Source: Marsupella aquatica
Taxonomy: Eukaryota > Plantae > Marchantiophyta
Assembly: GCA_973895155.1 (NCBI GenBank)
Contig: OZ316899.1
Span: 9,918,287-9,982,286 of the forward strand
Direction of reading: 5' to 3'
Length of the DNA stretch: 64,000 nt
Every line of letters starts with the position of its first letter. Within the stretch, counting starts at the first letter, position 1. The notes beneath the pieces were generated by a model, which was not told where the DNA came from, did no database searches, and saw only the letters and a program-made list of their open reading frames with translations. This document shows positions 11,056 through 22,285 of the stretch, in pieces. The translations under genes and the position numbers were made by a program.

Positions 11056-14000
11056 ATGCATGATCGGTCTAGGGTGAAAGGTTCTGAGAATGCCTATGAG
11101 GCAATGAGGAATAAAAACATAGCAGCCAACAAAGCTATACTTGATCGGTTTGTAGGAACTACTGCAAGTGATTTAAAGTATGTGCTCTATCCCTATATAG
11201 TTTTGAATTTATGCCTTGACTTTATTACTAATGGTTCACACTCATGACATTGTTAGGGTGATTGCAGTTTACAAGGAGAGGCAAGGCGCAAGCGTCTATC
11301 TAAGTTGTCAAAGAAGATTGAACGAAATCAACCGTCTGTAGCAAAGCGTAGGAGTTCACTATTACTTGGCAGGCACTTGGAGAAAATCATGGAGAGTGAC
11401 AACAGTGGGAGTGATGGGTCTAAAAAGTCAACTGACACAAACAATGGGGCAAGTTTAAGTGATGGCGTTGAATCAGATGGTGTTGAAGAGCCACGTAAGG
11501 TAGAAGAAGACTCACTGTCATTTTTTACTTCAATTGAAGCTAATTACATTAATTGTCCAATTTCTGTATATCTTGATTTGGTGCTAGTGTTACTAATTAC
11601 TTGAATGTGCACAGTGTTATCCATAGGCTCCCCGACAGTCAAGAGCTAGATATTATGTGGATCCTAGGACAAAGGAAGTGAGTTTATGTAAGTAATTATT
11701 CATTACCTCACTTGCCATGAGCTTGTTTTTGACTTGCCAAGTGATTCCCGAGTTCAGAGATTCTCACAATTGCAGATTGATTGTCACTAGTTACATTAAT
11801 GTTTGACTTGCTAACAGGATCTCTTTGGTTGGTTGTGGTAGTGACACCCTTGCCAAGAGCATCTGCTCGTGATCTGGATGATGGAATTGTCATAGAAAGA
11901 TCATAAGAGACATATGTACGACAATCATCTCGTGCTGCAAAGAAGCAATGGGAAGAGAACACAAGCGAGCGTCGCAAGTTGGGCATGAAGAAAGCTGCAA
12001 TCACTGTATGTTGCTTGTGAAAAATCATGTTTGTGATTTATTGGTTGTTCTTTGTTATTGTTTTCTTATGATGCATTGTGTGCAGATTTGGAAAAATGAT
12101 GTTGATCCTAGTGATCCATATCGGGCACATTGGGGAGATGATCTTCGTGCTGTGTGTATGGGTAAACTGAATCCTTCTATCCGTGAGATTAAGAAGGAAG
12201 ACTCAGGGGTCCTATTTCATGTTTATGCTGTGTTGGAGAATGATTGGGAGTATCTACAGGGGACTCTGTCAATGAAGAAGTTCAGGTCTCATTGTTCAGC
12301 AGTAATGAAAGCACAGCAAGCAAGACTCCACAAACATTTTCAGGAAGGTGGGAGACGCTTGGACAAGAAGCCCCCTGAGAATGTGAAACCTAAACATTGG
12401 AAGGCATTGTGTGAGTGGTGGCTGTCTCCAGAAGGGATGTCTAGCATTGACAAGATGAAGTATGCAAGATCTAAAGTCATTAATCCATCAAGGGTTGGAC
12501 GAGGTGGCTACCGTGGGAAGGAGTTTGATTTTGTAAGTATACAAGATTCATTTTGTTGTAACCCATACCTAAACCTACCCTACCTAGGGTTAAACCCTAC
12601 TACAGTTAGGCTAATTCCAACCGCCTAACTACCTAGCCTCCATAGGAGCTATATGTAATGGGGAGATGATAAATGAAGTGATCAGTTGTTCCACACCTTA
12701 CAACACATTTATAGTTATTATGAATGTTTGTAAACAACAAGTAGGCTTACAGCATGTGTCTTCCTCTGTTTTAGCAATTGGTATGCAAAGAAGCAAGAAG
12801 TTTCATTCTGATATGTTTTGTGTGGTTTCATTGTTTAGAAGAGAAAAAGAGGGGAAAGTCCACCTCTGTCAGAGCTACGTTCCAGAGATGAAAGAATTAA
12901 TCCATCAAGTGTGAGATCTGTCATAGGAGAGGCCACACCATCTCATCGGAGAGGCAGAAAGTCAATTGTGAGTATAGTTCACAAGCTCAATTTGTGATTT
13001 CTAAATTGCCAAGTCTAGAAAAATATCCACTAACTTTTGTATGATTGGTCAATGGTTGCAGACACCAATTTCCAAGTCTATGATGGGAGACGATGAAGAT
13101 CATGATGAGTGTATGTTGACTAAAATTGTGGATGCAATAAATATTGGGACAAGTGTTGGGTTTGACAAAATAATAATTGTTTTGGCAAAACAGAACCACA
13201 ATGAAGATGTGGAAGAAACCAGAACTGTCCCAGTATGGCCTGAATGACTTTTCAATGCCCTCACAAATGAGTTCAGTTCTGAAAATTCATTTGGGCTTGA
13301 AAAGTCATTCAGGCCATAGTACTTCAGCTATGAAACTAGACTTTTTGGTGGACTTGACCAAAGAAGGTATGTTCTTTACAGGGGACAATTAAAGTAGTGT
13401 AATCAAGCATGCATGACTTGGATTAGTGAATGTTTTCTAATGTCTTGAAATGTTTATGGGCAGTTGAAGATGATCAGGGGATTGATCTCAATGCTGATGT
13501 GGAATACAATACTGTCAACCAAGTGATTGTGAAACAAGAGATCAATGAAGAAACAGAGGTGGTATACAGTTCGCCTACGCAGCATGATCAAGCAGGCAAA
13601 GTAAGTGGTGATCATTAATGTGTTCATTATCCCATGAATTTGTAATGTGAACCTAGTAGGGCATGCTTATGTAAGTTGTCTCACCCTAATCTGTTTTGCA
13701 GAAGATAACTGAAGCTGTGACACCTGAAGCTGTTTGTACAAAGTCATCTAAAGAAGCCATCATTGCAGAGTTTCCAAAGTCGGTACCTTCACCCTTTGTC
13801 TTGAAGGTGAGCAAAAGCAAATTATTGCTTTCAATACATGTCTTATTCATTTATTTGCTATAATTTGTCATTAACAAGCCTAATGAAATGATTGTATGAG
13901 TCTATTGAAATGGTTGTGTTATCTTGTTGATGTGTGCATGATAGTTTAAAGTAGGAGACATGGTGAAATTGAAGTCACCAGTGGATCATCAGGTGATTGC

Positions 14001-14199
14001 TATTGCAAAAATTGATGGAGTATGTGGAGTTGATCGATATTATGACAACCCAGTTCCTATTGGCTTCTTGATTGTCAAAATTGTTTCTATTTTGAATGGA
14101 GATGCACCTCTCCAAGAAAAGCACCCAGAAGGCTTGGTAGCCCTCAAACATGTGAAGGGGCACCCATTTTTGTGGAGGCAGAAGTTAATGAGGAAGTAG
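11056..14199 (+). pseudogene. Multi-exon CACTA TnpA/Ptta-like gene
   Basis: Exon ~12087-12532 RLHKHF..KPPENVKPKHWKALCEWWLSPE..ARSKVINPSRVGRGGY (Ptta/En/Spm-like). Last exon VKLKS..IAIAKI..PVPIGFLIVKI..FLW. GT-AG introns in between. Confidence 0.7.
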
Positions 14200-14482
14200 G
14201 ATTTGGTAATTGAGTAGTGCTTGCAATAGAGAATCCATGTGATTGAAATAATGGGTTGCTATAGGTAGCATGGATACTATTGTGCAACCATAACTCTCAA
14301 TTTCTGGATTCCCAGATGTGGATCACTTTGGAATTTTGTTGGTGTTTGAAATGATGATTTACCAAGCTTGTATCATGTGTCAAATTTTGTTGATTCTGTA
14401 TGTGAGACATATGTGAGATTTTTGTTATTGTGAGTGTTTACATTTTAGGGTTTAGAACTCTAAAACTAATGACTCTAAATGC

Positions 14483-14590
14483 AGTGATCAATACACTCCA
14501 ATGTATTGTCATTCAAGTTCTATAATACACCCAAATCTAGTGATCAATACACTCCAATGTACTTTCATTCAAGTTCTATAATACACCCAA
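14483..14590. repeat. Tandem duplication, 56-bp period, in the CACTA subterminal region
   Basis: AGTGATCAATACACTCCAATGTA..TCATTCAAGTTCTATAATACACCCAA twice. Confidence 0.85.
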
Positions 14591-15431
14591 CTCACTATAA
14601 TTATAGTGATACTAAACTATGGTCATACTACTATAACTATAGTTATCAAAGATATGATGTTTGTCACCCATTTTAAAGTTGTAAAATAGCAATCTATAAC
14701 ACTTAAGGTGTAGTCACATAGCAAGTAATAATGGATTGAATGATATGTCTATAAATAGGGTCATATAAAAAATAACAAAAGCTCTACAATTACTACTTCA
14801 ATTTGAGACATATAACAAGTACTAAAATTGCAAAATAATATATCTTTACTACATCAAACTTAGTTATATAACATGTAGTAAGTGTGTCAAAATGTCACTT
14901 CAAATTTAGTGATAGGACAAGTAAAAAAGGTGGTTTGGTTATGACTTCAATTCTAGTCATATAACTAGTATTAAATGTGTGACACAAAGTATCTTTCAAA
15001 CTCAAAATCTAGTCATATATTGGCAAGGGCTATATAATTTCTACTTGAATGCTAGTCATGAAAGAAGTTGTTTAAGGTTCAAGGTGCATTGACCACAATT
15101 GACTTTTGACAAATGTCACCCCCAATGATCGTGGAGACCGCCACATGTCTAGGTATCATTTGTCAAAAAAATTCACAATAGTAGTTGTTTTGGGCAAAAT
15201 TTAAACAACTATTATTTTTCTAGTTATTTAAGACCGTTGGGTTTGAAAGCGACGGTGACATAAAACACTCATACGTTTTGAGTACTTGTTATAAACAACT
15301 TTATGCTCAATACCACTAGTTGTCTAAAGCGACTGGCATTAATGCACTCAAACCATTGAGTTGTAAATTGTCCGTTATTACTCTGAAACAAGTGAATTAG
15401 GTAGTGATAAAATCCCGATTTCCTTATAGTG

Positions 15432-18377
15432 GTTCCTGCAGGTGCAGGTATAATCGGTCCAAAAACTTTTTGTTGTATGAGGGAGTCCAGTTCTGAGTTT
15501 ATAGCTAGCTCCCATTGTGGCCAGTCTGGTCGAGATTGGGCCTTAGCAATCATTAGAGGATCTGGAGTATCGTTTGTGATCTCCTCAGAGATATTAAATG
15601 CAAAGTTATCATCGACCTGTATTGTATCACACTGCAATATCTTGTCGGAATGCACATAATTAATTGTGATCTCCTCGTTATCGGCCTGCCCTGGTAAAGG
15701 TGGTACTGTAGCAGGTATAACAGTGGGAGATTTAAGGACTGTATGCGGCTGTCTAGGGTGAGAGTCCTTGGATCCCAGGAGGCGACCTCGCTTTGCCCTT
15801 GGTGTAGCTTCAGTTGCTGGTGTAGACTTCCGAGAAATTCAAGCTGGTATGTTTGCTGCCTCCAAATGTGAGCGAGTGACCATGGCTGCATCATTGAAGG
15901 CATCTGGAAGTTTCATAAGCATCTGTTGTAAGTGGAGGACACGTTGTACTCCTTGATCTGCTCTTTAGTTTTGTGGTCGTCAGTTAAAGGATGTGTAGAC
16001 AACCATTGTAAGTCCTTTTACCTCTCCGCTTCTGTTTGGGTCTTCCGTAAGAGTTGGAAATTCATCTTCAAAGAAATTGCAGTCTTGGAACCGTGCTTTG
16101 AAAATGTCTGTTGTTGAGGGTTCCAAGTATCTTATGATGGAGCGTGAGTCAAACCCAACATAGATGCCTCGTTGTCTTTGAGGTCCCATTTTAGTTTGTT
16201 TAGGACCCAAAATTGGGACAAGCACCAAGCAGCCAAAGGTCCGTAAATGTGTAATATCCGGTGGCAATCCGTATGCCAGGAAGTGGGGGGTCTGGGAATT
16301 AAATGATGATGGTCTCAATCTCAGGAGGGTGGCTGCATGTATAACCGCATGGCCCCAAGATGATGCTGGTAAGTTGGATTGCATCAGTAGGGGTCTGGCC
16401 ACCATCTATATTCGTTTGATCACTGCTTCGGCAATCCCGTTCTGAAAATGAACATGTGGAACAGGGTACTCAGTGTCAATACCTGCAGTTTCATAGAAGG
16501 CATCGAAGGTTTCTGAGGTAAATTCCTCCGCATTATCAACTCTAATTGTTTTGATTGGGTTCTCTGGGAATTGATGTTTTAATTTTAGGATATGTGATAA
16601 AATCCTAGGGAAAACAAGATTCCTGGTGGAAAGCAGTGAGACCTGTGACCACTTGGTGGAGGCATCAATGATAACCAGGAAATATCTGAATGGGCCAGAA
16701 GGAGGGTCAATTGGGCCACAGACATCTGCTTGTATCCTCTCTAGGAATTGTGGGATCTTGTGTATTGTCTTTGATGGTGATGGACAAGTCACCATTTTCC
16801 CTTGTGAGCATGCAATGCATGGTCTGCTGGAGGCTGAGGGGTGAACGCCTTGAGGTATGCCAACGGTAGCTTTTAAGATATTGTGGTACATATTTGTACC
16901 AGGATGTCTAAGACGATTATGCCATCTTTGTGTTAAGGTAAGTGGAGTAATCTTAGTACGATAAGAATAGATTTGGGTGATGTATAGTTCGGGAGGATAT
17001 ATGGGTAGTATCTCGTGAACAAATCTCCCCGATTTGGTATTCTCCAGGATGTGCAAGACTTCACGGTTTCCACATGTGCCTGTGTGAATATGAAATTTTT
17101 TGGCACGTATGTCACTAAAACTTATGAGGTTTCTAGTCGCCCGTGGTGCATAAATTGTTGAGTCGATTTGGATATTGTACCCTTGGGGAAGCTGACTTGT
17201 GCTGGACCATAACCTTCCTCTATGTAATTAGATCTAGTGATTGTTGTCATGGATCGATGGGATGGAGTTATGCTGAGGAAGTAGTCTTTGTTGCATAGTA
17301 TTGAATGAGATGTGTTGCTATCAACAATACAATTGTGATGATCGTCCAGAAGTGAGGGATTAGTACTAATATTATCTATAGTTTCCATGTAGTTACCATA
17401 GGCTTCATTATTGGGTGGTTCCATGCTTTGCTTGTAAAGTTTGACAAGATGAGCAGGTGCTCGACAATCTCTCTGTAAGTGTCCTTTTGTGCTGCACCTA
17501 AAGCATCTGTAGGGTTATCGTTCTCTCTTATCCAATTATTGTATCCCCTTCCGCGACCTCCCCCTCGGCCTCTGTCTTTGTATCCACCACCTCGTCCTCG
17601 TTGTCCGCCTCTTTGATTAAAATTTCCAAAGGTTTGGCCTTCCCGTTCAGGTTGGCCATTGCCCCTGCCTTGTTGTTGGTTTCTGCCCTGGCCATAGGTT
17701 CATCCTCGCCTCCCCCTGAAATTTCCACGCCCTCTGCCTCTCGGTTTGTTGTTCTGTCAATTGAAGTTGATTTCAGGTTGAGGTGGGGGTGCGGCAGACC
17801 CTGGTGGGCAAGATTTTGCATTCTCTAGGAGGAGTAATTGGTGCTTCTCTGCAAGAAGCATATCAGCAATGAGTTTTGAATATCTCATAAATCCCATGTT
17901 TCTGTACTGTGATGCAAGGAGAAGGTTTCCTACGCTGAACGTTGTAGGGTTTGTTCAATTTTTTTGTCGTCACCAACTGGGTACATGGCCACAGACTGCT
18001 AGCTGTGAGGTGATGCAGAAGAGTTTGTCGTTGTAATTGGATATGGAAGTGTGGTCCTGTACCGGCAAATTGGTCCAATCATGGCGAGCTGCACGTAGGG
18101 AAACAAGTTGCATGTGATCAAACCTTCATTTCAAATCGTCCCAGAGGATTTGGGGGTTAAATTTATTTAGATATTGGATCTTGAGTGGCTCTGCAAGGTG
18201 GTGACGTATAAAGATTAATGCCCTTGCCTTTTGCTGTAAGGTTAGGTCAGCATCAGTTAAAATTGCGTCCTGAAGGTCCTTTGATGCAAGATATGCTTTG
18301 ACATCCAGTGACCATGATAAATAATTTGCGCCATCAATAGTTAGGGCCTTAAATTGAAGCTTCTTGATCGAATTCAT
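15432..18377 (-). pseudogene. Copia gag-pol (degenerate)
   Basis: KLQFKALTIDGANYLSWSLD (Bianca-type gag), CFRCSTKGHLQRDC, CIVDS.TSHSIL (protease), WHNRLRHPG, IQADVCGP..IRVDNAEEFTS..QNGIAEAVIKRI (integrase), DWPQWELAINSELDSL..KVFGP (RT start). Confidence 0.92.
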
Positions 18378-18798
18378 GTTTATACGGTCTACTATGTGTA
18401 TGATGATGAGAACGTAAATGGAGTTATATCCAGGAATTTGAGAGTTATGATCTGCCTAGAGATTGTAAAATTCAGCTCTATTAAACTGGCCTTGAGATGA
18501 TAATACAAATGGAAAGGAATTTTGAGAAACTTCCTCGTATTGGTCGAAGTGCAGAATCTCCAGTGTATATTGGTGTCCAGATGCTTGCCCTCCTAATTCT
18601 TCAATTTTTGATTTTGCCATGTACGACGGATCTTGATTCACTCAATAATTCAAAGTGTGCACCTCGATTCAGTGAACATGGCAAGATAAGAATTTAAAAG
18701 GAAATTTTTTTGTTGCCTTCTACGAGACACTGGCCATAAGTTTCATTCCGGGGAAGGATGAGTAATTGGAAGAAAAAAAATTCTGCTCAAATTGGAGA

Positions 18799-18812
18799 GT
18801 CGTGCTGATAAC
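18799..18812 (-). promoter_or_regulatory. Primer-binding site complementary to the 5' half of tRNA-Ile
   Basis: Minus strand GTTATCAGCACGAC adjacent to the LTR end. Confidence 0.75.
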
Positions 18813-18813
18813 G

Positions 18814-18988
18814 TATTATGCACACCATAGACATCAATGCACCGGCAAACTCACTTCCTTCTCACTGATTGTGGGAGGGCAAACAACTCCCTATATAGTA
18901 CATGGTATGGTGGTTATGTAACCGCCTCAATTCCTTATATACTAGGGTGAGTCTAGGTAATCAGGGTTAGGGTTTATCCCTTATAACA
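18814..18988 (-). repeat. 5' LTR (~175 bp) of the Bianca-like copia
   Basis: Minus strand begins TGTTATA at 18988 and ends next to the PBS. CACTA sequence resumes at 18989. Confidence 0.7.
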
Positions 18989-20340
18989 TAATGCAAGTGT
19001 GATTTTATTCACCGACCAGTATGGCAGCTTTGCAAGACCTTGTGTCCTCTTCACCCCATGAAGCTTTGAAGGACAGTTTTTGCTTCCTTGTTTGGCCCTA
19101 GGTTCTTTCAAGTACTGTTCCACCTCAACAACAAAAGCTAATTTTTGCTCACAAGTCATCCTTGGGGGAGGCCCCCGTGGCTCGCACTCCCCATCAAATT
19201 TTGCTGCATAAATTTGGAAGTGGTACTTATGGTTCTCCTCCAACCACCTTTGACTCCCCAAAAATACATTCTTGGATAGAGCAACAGACCTTCTGTAGCT
19301 CACATTGGGACCACACACAATGCATCCATGATATCCTTTTGTGACTTGACCCAATATGAGACCCAAAGCTGGATAGTCGTTCACTGTCCACAATAGAATG
19401 GCCTGCAGATTGAACCACTTATTCAGGCCAGGCCTGTCAAGTGAATCAAAGCATGGAACTCCCTCCTAGAGTTCCAAAAGCTCCTCCAGCAATGGAGCCA
19501 TGTAAATGTCAATGTTGCGGTCAGTCACTGAATCAGGCCCAAAGATCAGCAAAGATAACATAATGAAGAACTTCTTGGTGGACAACCAGGGGGAAAATTG
19601 TAATTCAACAATACCACAAGCCATGTAGAGTGGCACTTGAGGTTGTTTTCCCCAAAGGGATTCACACCATCTAGAGCCAATCCAAGGTGTACATTGCAAG
19701 GCTCTACTTATGTTGGATCAATTGTTGTATCAATCTTCTTCGATCCTTGCCCTAGAATCTGCAACATGCCGGACCTTTCCATCTATGCTTTTATTGTCCT
19801 TATGCCATGTCATCAACTCTGAAATTGCCTTGCACCTGTACATTTGTTTTGACCTGGGTATGAGGGGAAAATGTCAAAGGACTTTCACAGGTTGCTTTGA
19901 TTGTCCAATCTGCTTATACCTAGGCTTTTTGCATAGTGGACACTCATTGCAATCAACATGCTCCTTTCTGAATAGGACACATCCATCCTCACATCATGAA
20001 TTTTGACATAATCCTAGCCAGCATGACTGATCAGCTTCTTGCATGCATACGGGTTTTTAGGCAGTAGATTCTTAGTAGGCATCAACTGTTTCCCCATCAA
20101 CAAAAGCAATTCATCAACTCCAAAGTTGGTGAAACCATGATTATGGCATGTGTTTAGAAATGTCAACACAAATGACAATTGGGAAGTAGTGGACTCCTCA
20201 TACAAAGGGGCATACGCCTCTTCAAATGCTTGCATCATCTTCTCCTCTGCCTGTTGGTCCCAAATCCGAGGTGTGGCTTCTCCAGATGTGTTTGCCTCCA
20301 GAAGATTATCCATGTTGAAGAGACCCTCTTCACTTTCCTA
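18989..20340 (-). pseudogene. Old CACTA Tnp2 (Transposase_21) fragment (element A)
   Basis: YAPLYEES..LPKNPYACKKLI, PWLSTKKFFIMLSLLI.GP..IDIYMAPLLEEL, WTVNDYPALG..GQVTKGY..C..C; many frameshifts. Confidence 0.9.
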
Positions 20341-20749
20341 CAGGTGGGCTCCTGTGCATTGGTCTGATGTGAAACATGATGTATCAAAGTTCATTGGATG
20401 TTTTCAACAAGTAGATGACCTTCAAATTTCAGGGACCAAAGCTCCATGATTACGTAAGACAATGGAAGTTAGAAGAGGCCAGAAAACTCAAAGCTTGGAT
20501 GCAAACTACGGAACCTGCACATAATCCACTTCCTATTTTTCCAGAGACCAGGGTTGACAATCTTGTTTTTGACGATAGCACAACTGACCAAAATGAAAAC
20601 ATAGGCGTAGCAGCAGACCATGTAGATTTTGAAGCATAATTGCAATCATGTGCACCTGGATTTTCCTTCCAGGGATTGTTACACTAGTAGAAACCGGGGT
20701 GTTTTGTGACCCGACCACTTATGACAGGCTTGACCACCATTGTGCGCAG

Positions 20750-21081
20750 TGTTAAGGATTGCTCTTAGTCTTGTGACTCATAGGTTACGGCACTTAGGCT
20801 AACCACAGTTAGGATCTTAGCTGAGGTTAGATTAGTCGTGTGTGACCTTGTATATACCAGGGCTAGTGTAAGCCGCTGGTGGGTGGTGCTTACTCATTGT
20901 AACAGAACAACAGGAGGAAGAGAGAGAGCATGTGTGTTCGTCTACTCTTGAAGTAAAGCTTGAGTGTTCGTGTGGACGTAGCCTTGGAGAAGAGGTGAAC
21001 CACGTAGAGATTGTGTCGACTACGTGTGCATGGAATGAGTCATGGTTGTATGGTCGTTGCGAATGACGTCTTAGTTCAACA
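20750..21081 (+). mobile_element. Solo LTR (332 bp), copia-like
   Basis: TGTTAAG...TTCAACA flanked by perfect 5-bp TSD CGCAG (20745-20749 and 21082-21086). Contains the GTGGACGTAG..GAACCACGTA motif common in plant copia LTRs. Confidence 0.88.
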
Positions 21082-21764
21082 CGCAGCCCACACTTCAGTC
21101 TTATTTATGTGACTATATACGATTTCTGAGTCATTCTTAAGTGAACATAAGACACCAAAACATATACAACTGTTCACTTTTTGGTCGCTGTCTTATTCCC
21201 ATGACCAATTAGTCTAACGAGAGGTGGAGAATAATAATGGGCGGGAAGGAAGGCAAGCCATTTTAGTCACTAAACTGACCATTACATATTGCGACCTGTC
21301 GATCTGTATTCTTGGCTTATACCCTATAGGCCAAACAGCCACACAATGGAGGGCCCGACCCTAAAGTACCCTATGCTACCTAGGCCTGCTCGCTAAATAT
21401 GTGGTCTCATAATTTAATTGTGACCAAATGGGTATTGTAAGGTTTAATCAAATTTAGGCATTCTCGTATAAGGGTGGGTGTTGTCTTACTCCCGGTGACA
21501 TTGGGTGTTTTTATAACCAATACCCAAATCACCAAACTAAAAGGGCCACAAACAAAATCTCATGCACACTTACTAGGTCTTACTGACCATTTTGTGCTAA
21601 GTGTTAAGTGACGTTAACATGTGTGAAGTTTTGTTAGGGTAAAAATGCCGATCAACGGGAAGGGATCCAAGGAGTGACTGTGCTGGTGTGCAGTTTAGTG
21701 TCCACTGCTAGTTTTTGCGAGGGAAAAGCAAGAGCCACCTGCTCGAAGACTTTGCTGCTGTCGA

Positions 21765-22285
21765 TTCTGCCACCTGATAGCGCTCGGGCATAACATTTTG
21801 CGCTTTAGGAGGAGGGAATTGAAGCGATTGCGGTGTGCTCCCGCTTTGTTTGCGCAGATGCCACTGACCTTTGGGGAGTTGGGGAGGTCAAAGGTGGGAT
21901 GAGCTCTACTCTTCGATGAGTAGAGACATTCAGAGGGAGGGAGCTCTGCCCTTACGTTGCCCTAATCATCTACTAGTCATTCTGCAGAGTTAGCAAGAGC
22001 CACCTGAGTTGAATCACTTCGCTCCCGAGTCATTCTTTCTCAATTTGCCGTTGACTCTGCCACCTGATCGCGCTTGGGCATAACATTGTGCGCTTTAGGA
22101 GAAGGGATTCAAAGCGATTGCGGTGTGCGAAGGAGGTGACTGCGCAAATGCCACTGACCTTTGGGGATTTGGGGAGGTCAAAGGTGGGAGGAGCTCTACT
22201 CTTCGATGAGTAGAGACATTCAGAGGGAGTGAGCTCTGCCACTTACACTGCTCTAATCATCCGGGAGTCATTCTGTGGAGTTAGC
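21765..22285. repeat. Direct duplication, ~290-bp period
   Basis: CTGCCACCTGAT..GGGCATAACATT..GGGGAGGTCAAAGGTGGGA..GAGTAGAGACATTCAGAGGGAG..GAGTTAGCA occurs twice. Confidence 0.85.

Larger units (their letters stand above)
10441..15431 (+). mobile_element. Right arm of a CACTA/En-Spm element (element D)
   Basis: Ends in ATCCCGATTTCCTTATAGTG (reverse complement CACTATAAGGAAATCGGGAT), where copia RT sequence resumes. Contains a DUF4216-like tail and a spliced TnpA-like gene. Confidence 0.8.
15432..18988 (-). mobile_element. Ty1/copia retrotransposon, Bianca-like lineage, cut in RT by CACTA element D
   Basis: 5' LTR, PBS, gag, protease, integrase, start of RT in copia order. Confidence 0.9.

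Noticed and set aside
20415-20639. Plus-strand 74-aa ORF that could be an inverted Tnp2 N-terminus
   Set aside because: Similarity too weak and no inversion breakpoints could be defined.
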